Shown one piece after another: positions 41,848 through 49,959 of a stretch of DNA of 56,529 nt. Every line of letters begins with the position of its first letter. The stretch's first letter is position 1. The position numbers were made by a program, and so were the translations under genes. Source of the DNA: Bdellovibrionales bacterium (GTDB lineage Bacteria > Bdellovibrionota > Bdellovibrionia > Bdellovibrionales > UBA1609); assembly GCA_020435005.1 (NCBI GenBank), contig JAGRAE010000002.1, positions 1-56,529 of the forward strand, written 5' to 3'. A model generated the notes under the pieces. It ran no database searches, was not told where the DNA came from, and worked only from the letters and a program-made list of their open reading frames with translations.

Positions 41848-44451
41848 TCACCATGGAGAGCTTGAGCCTACAACAGAAATTACCGCTTTTTGGCCAAAGA
41901 TCTGCTCTGATAATTTTTGTACTTCTTCTTCATCAACCTTTTCAATTTTATTTGAAAAGTGAAAAGTCTCATCATAAGACAATCCATAAATATGATCAAA
42001 TATCATTGCAGAACTTATACTTGAATTTTTTTGTAATTCAATATCATGACGTCCAACTAAGTATCGCTTGGCTCTGTCTAATTCCTTTTTTGAAACTTTT
42101 TCTTTTATCAGTTTATTAAATTCTGTTTGTAACATATTAATAGATTTTTCAGCTTTTTCTGGTGAACATGCAATGTAAGCTCCAAAGTAGCCAGCGTCTA
42201 TTCCTTCCATTTTCATAGGAGAAACGGTGTAAGCCAAAGATTCTTTGTCGCGTAATTCTAAAAATAAACGACCACCTTGTCCTGCCAGAATAGATTGTAT
42301 AACTTGCAAAGTATATCTGTCTTTACTAGTAAAGGTTAGACCAGGATAACCAACAATTATATGTGTTTGTTCTTTTTTACTTTCAGAAAAAATGTGTTCC
42401 TCTTTTTCAACAGTGTTAAAACTAAAATGACTTTCAAATCTCTTCCCTCTTGGGAGACGTGAAGTAAACTCTTCTATTTTATCTATCCAAACTTCTGGAT
42501 CAATGTCGCCAACCATTACAATGTCTAAATTTTTTGAGTTTTTTAAAGGCTCTAAGTAATTGAATAAATCTACAGAACTTATCTTCTCTAGTTCTTGTAT
42601 CTGTCCTAAGGGGTCAGCGCTATAAGGATGTTTTGCAAAAAGTTTTTCGGTGAAGTGTCGCACGCATTGTTGCGCTGGACTGTCTATGCGATTTTTTATT
42701 TGTTCTTTTATATGTTGGACTTCTCTGTCTATTACTTCTTTTTTAAATACTGGTTCGTGAACGATTTTGTCTAACAAATCAAATGTGGGGTTGAGAAATG
42801 GCTTTAAGGCCGTCATGGAAACACCAAAGGTGTTTCTCCCACCAAATGCACCAACATATGAAGCCATATTGTCTGTTTTTTGATTTAGCTCTTTTTCGCT
42901 AAAACTTTTCGTATCCGTTGGCCAAGTGCGAGAGAGTATTTCTGTAATGCCTGAGTTGAAATTCATTTGTGCACGAACACCGCCCAACCAAGCCATTTTT
43001 AAATTAACAACAGGGCTGTCAGGACTTGAAAAATAAATAAAATGCGCACCAGAAGAAAGCTCTTTCACTCCAGATTTTTTGGCTGCACCGTTAGAAATCC
43101 ATTTGATTTTTTTTCTGTTTGTTTTTTCATTTTGAATTTTAATTTTTTTGTTACATGAAGCATGAATTTTTTTGTAATTATTAATAAATTTTTTAAAACT
43201 TTGTTTCAATTCATCAGAATCATCTTTATTGAGAATAACAGTGTTTAGCTGTTGGGGATTTAAATACTTTCTGGCCACACGGGTTATATCTCTAGGCTCT
43301 AGACTCTGAATTTGTTTCAACCACACCTTATAGTGTTCGGGGTCTTGAAACAAATCATGATAAGTTCCAAACTTTCTTGCCAGTCCTTCTACTGTTTCCA
43401 TGGCATAGAGCTCATCACTCTCAATATTAATTTTAATTTTTTCTAATTCCTCAAGTGGCGGCGGCGTTGTTAAAATATCTTCTAACTGTGCATTTATCTC
43501 TAAAAATGCCAGATCAACCTTTTCCATAAGCAGTGAACTTGAAATTGCAAAAAACCCTGGGTCTTTGGGTGTAAAGGTACTTGCTACACAATAATTAGTT
43601 AAAGGGTTTTCAATTCTCAATGCTCTCATTAAACGCGAACTCTCTCCTTGACCAAGAATCATTGCCAATACATCAAGAGCAGGAATATCTTTGTGAGTTA
43701 CTTTAGGAATTTTCCAAGCTAAGTGCATAAGTGTTTCTTGAAAAGGTCCATTCAAAAATTGATGTCTTGATCTTGTTTGTAGTTCTTCTTTTTTTCTCCT
43801 AATAGCTTTTGTTTTATATTTTGGCATGCTTGAGAAGTACTGATTAACTTTAATTTTTATGTCCTTTGCTTCAAAGTCACCTACAACTAACAAAGTCATG
43901 TTTTCAGGAGTGTATCTACGGTGAAAATAACTTGTTAATACATCTTTTTTTACTTTTTTAATATTTTCGGCATAGCCAATGACCGGAATACCATAGGGAT
44001 GTTTTTTAAAGGCTGTTTCAAAAAGTTTTCTTCCTGCTTGTCGATGTGGATTGTCTTCGCTGCGTTTAATTTCTTCAATAACCACTTCTCTTTCATTATC
44101 AATTTCTTTTTCGTCAAAGGTTGGATACCCCATCATTTGACTGATAACATCCAATGCAGTGTCTAAGTATTCTTTAGAAATGGTTACATAAAATACTGTT
44201 TGGTCAAAAGAGGTATATGCATTTAATTCTCCGCCAGAGCCTTCAACCAAACTGGCAATCTCACCCACGCCATATTTCTTTGTGCCCTTAAAAACCAAAT
44301 GTTCGATGAAATGACTAATTCCTTCTTCACCAACTCCTTCGTCTGCACTGCCGGTATGCACCCACATTTGAACTGAGACCACTGGCGACTTATGGCTCTC
44401 AACTGTTATTACCTCTAGTTCATTTTTTAATTGAAATTTTTTTAACTTCAT
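41848..44451 (-). CDS. M16-family (insulinase/pitrilysin-like) zinc peptidase, duplicated two-module form
   Basis: Inverted zinc motif HxxEH in GISHFIEHLVFKGT near the N-terminus. A second, inactive-type M16 module occupies the C-terminal half. 867 aa. Confidence 0.85.
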   Translation of the reverse strand: MKLKKFQLKNELEVITVESHKSPVVSVQMWVHTGSADEGVGEEGISHFIEHLVFKGTKKYGVGEIASLVEGSGGELNAYTSFDQTVFYVTISKEYLDTALDVISQMMGYPTFDEKEIDNEREVVIEEIKRSEDNPHRQAGRKLFETAFKKHPYGIPVIGYAENIKKVKKDVLTSYFHRRYTPENMTLLVVGDFEAKDIKIKVNQYFSSMPKYKTKAIRRKKEELQTRSRHQFLNGPFQETLMHLAWKIPKVTHKDIPALDVLAMILGQGESSRLMRALRIENPLTNYCVASTFTPKDPGFFAISSSLLMEKVDLAFLEINAQLEDILTTPPPLEELEKIKINIESDELYAMETVEGLARKFGTYHDLFQDPEHYKVWLKQIQSLEPRDITRVARKYLNPQQLNTVILNKDDSDELKQSFKKFINNYKKIHASCNKKIKIQNEKTNRKKIKWISNGAAKKSGVKELSSGAHFIYFSSPDSPVVNLKMAWLGGVRAQMNFNSGITEILSRTWPTDTKSFSEKELNQKTDNMASYVGAFGGRNTFGVSMTALKPFLNPTFDLLDKIVHEPVFKKEVIDREVQHIKEQIKNRIDSPAQQCVRHFTEKLFAKHPYSADPLGQIQELEKISSVDLFNYLEPLKNSKNLDIVMVGDIDPEVWIDKIEEFTSRLPRGKRFESHFSFNTVEKEEHIFSESKKEQTHIIVGYPGLTFTSKDRYTLQVIQSILAGQGGRLFLELRDKESLAYTVSPMKMEGIDAGYFGAYIACSPEKAEKSINMLQTEFNKLIKEKVSKKELDRAKRYLVGRHDIELQKNSSISSAMIFDHIYGLSYDETFHFSNKIEKVDEEEVQKLSEQIFGQKAVISVVGSSSPW

Positions 44452-44464
44452 TTATTTATCTCTC

Positions 44465-45640
44465 ATGAAATTTGGAGTTTATGTTCATATTCCATACTGC
44501 ATTCAACGTTGTCACTATTGTGACTTCACGACTTTTGAACAAAACTCTATAATGCCACCTGAAGACTATTTAGAGCTTTTATTACAAGAAATCACTCAAC
44601 GTTCTACACAAATATCACCTAAAGAGTTAACCAGCATCTACTTTGGTGGTGGTACTCCCAGTCTATTTCCTATTGATTATATACATAAAATCATTGAGAA
44701 ACTAGAACTCAGTGGTTTATTTAAAACAAAAAATACAGAAATAACCATTGAAATAAACCCGACAACAATAAATACCCAAAAAGTAAAACAATACCTCGAC
44801 ATTGGTATAAATCGTTTTAGTGTTGGCGCACAAACTTTTTCAGACCCATTGTTAAAAACTTGTGGAAGAGAGCACAACTCACAACAAACACTAGATACTT
44901 TAGATATACTCGCTGATTTAAATACAAACTTTAGTCTTGATATTCTCTATGCACTACCTTTGCAAGGTATGGAACAACTAGAAATTGATATTCAAACAGC
45001 TCTTCAGTTTAAACCAAAACATATATCAGCTTATTGTCTGACAATACCAAGTGGTCACCCTATGAATAAAGGTCGACCAAAAGAAGGCCTACAGGTTGAA
45101 ATGCTAGAAAGAATTACTCAAAGACTTAATCAAAATGGACTTTTTCAGTATGAGATTTCTAACTTTGCAAGACCTCATATGGAATCAAAACATAATTTAT
45201 TATATTGGGAAGATCAAAGCTACTGGGGTATTGGGTTAAGTGCTCACTCTTCTCTCTCTACTTGGGAAAAAGGCTTGCGTTTCTGGAACCCAAAAGATTT
45301 TAAAACTTATAAAAAGCAGGTGGAGGCACCGACAGTAGCAACCTATTACCCTCATCAATACTTACCGGACTCACAATTTGAAGAGCTGAAAACTTGGGAA
45401 GCTCTTACAGATTTCTGCCACATTTCTCTGAGGTTAAATAAGGGTCTTTCTAAAGATGCTTTGCGTTACAGGTTTGGCCATGAAGCGGAGTCTCTTGTCG
45501 CTGAGAGACTGCAAAAGGTAATAAAAAGTAATCAAGTCAATGAAAGTCCTAGTCATTGGTTTCTCACCAATGAGGGGCGAAAAATTAGTAATAAAGTCTT
45601 CTTTGAACTGACATTTTTAAAAGAAGACTTTCTACATTGA
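44465..45640 (+). CDS. hemW: Radical SAM HemN/HemW-family protein (heme chaperone HemW-like)
   Basis: CxxxCxxC cluster motif in VHIPYCIQRCHYCDF, a GGGTPS motif, and the 391 aa length typical of HemW. Confidence 0.82.
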   Translation: MKFGVYVHIPYCIQRCHYCDFTTFEQNSIMPPEDYLELLLQEITQRSTQISPKELTSIYFGGGTPSLFPIDYIHKIIEKLELSGLFKTKNTEITIEINPTTINTQKVKQYLDIGINRFSVGAQTFSDPLLKTCGREHNSQQTLDTLDILADLNTNFSLDILYALPLQGMEQLEIDIQTALQFKPKHISAYCLTIPSGHPMNKGRPKEGLQVEMLERITQRLNQNGLFQYEISNFARPHMESKHNLLYWEDQSYWGIGLSAHSSLSTWEKGLRFWNPKDFKTYKKQVEAPTVATYYPHQYLPDSQFEELKTWEALTDFCHISLRLNKGLSKDALRYRFGHEAESLVAERLQKVIKSNQVNESPSHWFLTNEGRKISNKVFFELTFLKEDFLH

Positions 45641-45691
45641 CTTATCTATAATCGGTCTCATGTTTAATGAGAGTATAAAGGAGTTTTTATA

Positions 45692-46309
45692 GTGGCAAAA
45701 GATCGTCAAGACGATAATGAAATCTCTGGTGAGATTACTTTGGATGACAACGATAGTGGTCTCAACACCGAAGATCTTGAAAAGGCTTATGGAAAAACCG
45801 GTGAACAAGATCGTGTGGAGAGTTCTAAATTGGAAGAAGATTACAATAAATTAAAATCAGAGTATTTATACTTGCGCGCTGAATTTGATAACTTCAGAAA
45901 AAATACCATTAAAGAACGTTCTGATATGGTAAAATATGGCGCTGAGCGATTTATTCGCAATATTTTAAATGTAATTGATAACTTTGATCGCGCTTTAGAA
46001 ATGGAAATCACTGCAGACAATTACAATGACTTTCGTGAAGGTATTGTTATGACTGCAAATGAGTTTAAAACACAATTGACCAACATGGGCGTCACTATTG
46101 AGGACCCCATAGGTAAACCATTTGATCCAAATTTTCATGAAGCTTTAAGTAGCGAAGAGACTGATAAATACCCGCCGGGTTATGTTTCTCAAGTATTTCA
46201 AAAATCTTACAAATTACACGACAGAATTATTCGACCCGCACAGGTTGTTGTTGCAAAAGAGGTAAGTGTATCAACAAAAAATAATGAAAGTGAGGAATCA
46301 GAATCTTGA
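45692..46309 (+). CDS. grpE: Nucleotide exchange factor GrpE
   Basis: GTG start 8 nt after the SD AAGGAG. Coiled-coil [12 protein letters not shown] and a C-terminal beta domain (HEAL...[20 protein letters not shown]). Confidence 0.88.
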   Translation: MAKDRQDDNEISGEITLDDNDSGLNTEDLEKAYGKTGEQDRVESSKLEEDYNKLKSEYLYLRAEFDNFRKNTIKERSDMVKYGAERFIRNILNVIDNFDRALEMEITADNYNDFREGIVMTANEFKTQLTNMGVTIEDPIGKPFDPNFHEALSSEETDKYPPGYVSQVFQKSYKLHDRIIRPAQVVVAKEVSVSTKNNESEESES

Positions 46310-47316
46310 AAAAAGATTACTACGAAGTTTTAGGGGTGAGTCGATCTGCACCCGATGATGAAGTTAAGAAAGCTTATCGCAAGCTAGCGATGAAGTACCA
46401 CCCCGATAAAAATCCCGGCAACAAAAATGCTGAAGATCGATTTAAAGAAGTCAGTGAAGCCTATGAAGTTTTAAGAGACCCTCAAAAAAGAAAAATGTAT
46501 GATCAATTTGGTCATATGGGTGCACATGCAGGTGCCGCTGGTGGAGGACCTGGCGCTGGTGGTTTCCAAGGAAACCCATTTGGTGGTGGCTTTAATTTCG
46601 AAGGTTTTAAACAACAAGGCTTTGGTGGTTTTGGTCAACATTCAAATCCACACGACTTATTCAATGAAATCTTTGGTGATATGTTTGGCGGTGCCTCCGC
46701 CCAAAGACGTCGTGGACCACAAAAACAGCGTGGTGCAGATCTTAGATACACAATAAATTTGTCTTTTGAGGAAGCTGCCAGTGGCTGTGAGAAAACAATA
46801 AATTTTATTAGAAAACGTCAGCTCAAAGACGATCATGCAAGAATTTCTGTAACAGTACCACCTGGTGTAAAAGACGGGCAAAGATTAAAATTGCGTGGAG
46901 AAGGAGATACTCCATCTGGTGGTGGTGAGGCCGGAGACCTATACGTTGTTATTAATTTGCAAAAGCATACTCTCTTTGAACGCGATGGGCAGAATGTTTT
47001 ATTAGAATTACCTATTAGTTTTGTGGATGCTATTATGGGCGTCAGTGTGGAAATTCCAACTTTGACCGGTAAAGCAAAATTAAATATTCAACCAGGAACT
47101 AACAGCGGAAAAGTACTGCGGCTTAAAGGAAAGGGTTTTTCAAAAATCGGCGACCAAAGTACGGGAGATATGTTAGTTAAAATAATTGTCGATATCCCTA
47201 AAGATTTAACAAATGAACAATTAAAACTTATTGAAAAGTTGTCATCGGTTGCCAAAGGCAGTCCTTTAGTGAAAGAATTTAACAGCAAGGTTGAAAAATT
47301 ACTTAAGGATCGATAG
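46306..47316 (+). CDS. J-domain co-chaperone lacking the zinc-finger domain (CbpA/DnaJ class II-like)
   Basis: J domain [12 protein letters not shown]...[16 protein letters not shown], a G/F-rich linker, and C-terminal substrate-binding domains. No CxxCxGxG repeats. The TTG start overlaps the grpE stop (TTGA). Confidence 0.8.
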   Translation: MKKDYYEVLGVSRSAPDDEVKKAYRKLAMKYHPDKNPGNKNAEDRFKEVSEAYEVLRDPQKRKMYDQFGHMGAHAGAAGGGPGAGGFQGNPFGGGFNFEGFKQQGFGGFGQHSNPHDLFNEIFGDMFGGASAQRRRGPQKQRGADLRYTINLSFEEAASGCEKTINFIRKRQLKDDHARISVTVPPGVKDGQRLKLRGEGDTPSGGGEAGDLYVVINLQKHTLFERDGQNVLLELPISFVDAIMGVSVEIPTLTGKAKLNIQPGTNSGKVLRLKGKGFSKIGDQSTGDMLVKIIVDIPKDLTNEQLKLIEKLSSVAKGSPLVKEFNSKVEKLLKDR

Positions 47317-47320
47317 TTTT

Positions 47321-49264
47321 ATGCGCTTTTTAGCTCTCTTTTTTTCTGTTTTCATTTTAATTAATTGCTCAACATTTGAGCGCAAACAGGCACCAAAAAA
47401 AGCACTTCCCAATTCCGCTGCAAAATTAGAAAAAATTAAACAAGATGTAAAAAGAAAAAAGTATAGTCTAGCATTAAAAGAGTTGGATCAACTCATTTTA
47501 GAAACTGTATCTACGGACATCAGCGATGATGCCCATATGTTGGCTGGTGAGGTGGCCTTAAAACTAAAGGATCATGATCTTGCTTATAAATATTTTTTAG
47601 GAGTTGTTAATTCAAATGTGTATAGTCCGCTTGAAGGATTGGCTTTAACAAAGGCGACAGAGTCTTTAGTTAAGCTTGGTAAGTTTGATGAGGCTTTATC
47701 TTTAGCGCAAAAAGGACTGAGCTATAGAAATTTACCCAAAGAAGAGGAAACAAAACTCTATCAATTAAAATTTTCAATCCTCATACAATTGGGAGACAAA
47801 TTAGAAGCATTTGATTCTTTAGTGTATTTGTCAAAAAACCATCCCACTGAGTCAGAGCAAATGGCTTTTCGTTTTAAAGCACTAGACTATATTGAATCTT
47901 CTTTATCTAATGAAGAGCTCTATCAAGTGGCGAGACGAGGACGAACTAATGAGTTTCGTGCCTATGCTTATTTTAAGCTAGGTCAAGATGCTTTTGAATT
48001 AAGAAAATTTGATCTAGCACGCGATTATTTAAATGAAGTAACTGACCTCCATCCAGATAGTGAAATTTCAGAGCGTTCTGTGGCTTTAGTAAAACAAATT
48101 GATGCGAGAAGAACTGTAGAACCCAAAACTATTGGTGCTATTTTACCGCTTACAGGTAAGCATTCCGCAGTTGCTTACAAAACATTGCGTGGCTTACAAA
48201 TGGGCTTGGGAATTTTTGGTGACAACCCCTCCGAGTTTAAATTAGCTGTAATTGATAGTGAAGGAAACCCTGATGCCGCACGGAGAGCTGTAGAGCGATT
48301 AGTTACTGAAGATCATGTTATGGCCATAGTGGGTAGCTTATTAAGTCGTACTGCTGTTGCCGTCGCTAGCAAGGCCAATGAATTGGGCGTACCCAGCATT
48401 GCTTTATCTCAAAAATCGCGTATCACTGATGTTGGTGAATATGTTTACAGAAATGCACTGACTAGTGAAATGCAAATAGCTGAACTAGTTAGAGTCGCCA
48501 TCAGCGAACGCGGCATGAAAAAATTTGCTATTCTTTTTCCAAATGACAATTACGGCGTTGAATACGCCAATTTATTTTGGGATCACGTGCTGGCTCGTGG
48601 AGGACAAATCGTTGGCACTCAAAGTTATGAACCAAAAGAGACTGACTTTAGGAATCCTCTAGCTCGACTAGTTGGAAAATTTTATCCCGGCGACAGACAA
48701 CAAGAGTATAAACTCTTAGCTAAAGATTGGTACAAGAAGCAAAAATATATAAATGCTCGCATTGAACCACCTGATGATTTATTAAAACCCATTGTTGATT
48801 TTGATGCACTTTTTATCCCTGATAGCACTCGCGCAGTTGGACAAATTGCTCCCATGTTGGCTTTTCACGACATAGGAAAAATGACTTTAATTGGTACTAA
48901 TTTGTGGAATACACCTTCCCTGGTTCGTCGCGGTCAGAACTTTGTTGAGGGCTCTGTGTTTGTAGACAGTTTATTGTTAGAAGATAAAAACTTTAAAAAC
49001 TCAGAATTCTATAGAAACTATTATAGAACTTTTAAGACCACTCCCGGCGTCTTTGCTAGCCAAGGTTATGATGCTGGCCTTATATTAAGACAAATTATTA
49101 CTTCGGGCATAAGAAGCCGTATAGGTGTTAAAGAAAAATTGGATGAATTGTCTAATTTTCCTGGATCTATTGGCCTGTTAAATACGAATTCTCGTCGCGA
49201 ATTCACGCGACCTCTCGTAAAGTTGGGTGTTGTAGACGGCTCAATTGTAAAAAATCCTAATTAA
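47321..49264 (+). CDS. Lipoprotein with N-terminal TPR region and C-terminal type-1 periplasmic-binding-protein fold (LpoA/LivK-like)
   Basis: Lipobox FILINC directly after the ATG at 47321, which I prefer over the track start at 47291 that overlaps the J-protein gene. The C-terminal part (IGAILPLTGKHSAVA...VMAIVGSLLS) is typical of Peripla_BP_6 / penicillin-binding-protein-activator-like proteins. Confidence 0.6.
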   Translation: MRFLALFFSVFILINCSTFERKQAPKKALPNSAAKLEKIKQDVKRKKYSLALKELDQLILETVSTDISDDAHMLAGEVALKLKDHDLAYKYFLGVVNSNVYSPLEGLALTKATESLVKLGKFDEALSLAQKGLSYRNLPKEEETKLYQLKFSILIQLGDKLEAFDSLVYLSKNHPTESEQMAFRFKALDYIESSLSNEELYQVARRGRTNEFRAYAYFKLGQDAFELRKFDLARDYLNEVTDLHPDSEISERSVALVKQIDARRTVEPKTIGAILPLTGKHSAVAYKTLRGLQMGLGIFGDNPSEFKLAVIDSEGNPDAARRAVERLVTEDHVMAIVGSLLSRTAVAVASKANELGVPSIALSQKSRITDVGEYVYRNALTSEMQIAELVRVAISERGMKKFAILFPNDNYGVEYANLFWDHVLARGGQIVGTQSYEPKETDFRNPLARLVGKFYPGDRQQEYKLLAKDWYKKQKYINARIEPPDDLLKPIVDFDALFIPDSTRAVGQIAPMLAFHDIGKMTLIGTNLWNTPSLVRRGQNFVEGSVFVDSLLLEDKNFKNSEFYRNYYRTFKTTPGVFASQGYDAGLILRQIITSGIRSRIGVKEKLDELSNFPGSIGLLNTNSRREFTRPLVKLGVVDGSIVKNPN

Positions 49265-49391
49265 GTCTCTAAAATCCTAAGTGAAAGTTAATAATTCAAA
49301 AAGATCTTCTGCTTTTTAACCCTACTTGTTAGGACCTGTGTCCATAAAAGGACCCAAGCAATTGCGTTTTGGGGTTACCAAGGGGGCCATC

Positions 49392-49766
49392 ATGTCTTCA
49401 AATACATCTGTTAAAATTATTAGTGAATGTAAAGAAAAGTTATTAGCAGCTAAGTCAGACATACTTAATAGAATGATTGAAAGCAAAAGAGAGTATTTTT
49501 CTCGAGATAAGGGGCTTGATGAAGGTGACCAATCTATGGCCAATTTAGCAGAAAGTGATTTTTTACTGACACAAGAAAGGCTGCGCAAACAGATTTTGGA
49601 AATTGAATTAGCTCTTAGTAGAATAGAACGAGGCACTTTTGGGATTTGTGAAGAAACAGAAGAACCAATTGAAGCGGAGAGGTTACTAGCCATTCCATGG
49701 ACTCGCTTAAGTATCGAGGGAGCTGAAATTCAAGAAGCTATGAAAAGAAAGTTTGCAATAAAATAA
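49392..49766 (+). CDS. DksA/TraR-family-like protein without a complete Cys4 zinc finger
   Basis: Coiled-coil N-terminus and a C-terminal ERGTFGICEETEEPIEAERLLAIPWTRLSIEGAE. This aligns with the DksA CxxC...RL...P....CxxC region, but only one Cys is present. I prefer the ATG at 49392 (SD AAGGGGG) over the track start at 49326. Confidence 0.5.
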   Translation: MSSNTSVKIISECKEKLLAAKSDILNRMIESKREYFSRDKGLDEGDQSMANLAESDFLLTQERLRKQILEIELALSRIERGTFGICEETEEPIEAERLLAIPWTRLSIEGAEIQEAMKRKFAIK

Positions 49767-49890
49767 AAATCATAGATCTACTAGACTTTAAACTAGTAAT
49801 ATCTTTATAAATTAGTCCTCATTTGTCACAAGTTTGACACTTTAACTAACTAAAATTTTAAAAAAACTAGTTATTTCAGGACTAAATACT

Positions 49891-49918
49891 CTTTATTTCC
49901 TAAACACATCTCCGATGA
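49891..49918 (+). promoter_or_regulatory. Promoter-like motif CTTTATT-N13-TCCGATGA upstream of lon
   Basis: Same upstream half and spacing as the motA site. It ends 41 nt upstream of the SD-supported ATG at 49960. It overlaps the ATG at 49915 used by the ORF track, which argues against that start. Confidence 0.3.
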
Positions 49919-49959
49919 GGAAATATGCAGGTGATGCAAAATACTCATGCGGAGGGCAT

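Noticed and set aside
41829-42119. 96-aa plus-strand ORF overlapping the 3' end of the M16 peptidase gene
   Set aside because: It is antisense to a gene with strong family motifs. The product is low-complexity and hydrophobic, and there is no SD.
45637-45668. Sigma-70-like TTGACT and TATAAT hexamers upstream of grpE
   Set aside because: The two hexamers are only 4 nt apart, and no acceptable -10 lies 16-18 nt from TTGACT. No CIRCE or clear sigma-32 consensus is present either.
49322-49693. 123-aa minus-strand ORF opposite the DksA-like gene
   Set aside because: It is a mirror ORF of the plus-strand gene, which has the SD, a coiled-coil plus DksA-like C-terminus, and sensible context. The antisense product is Ser/Leu-rich with no motifs.
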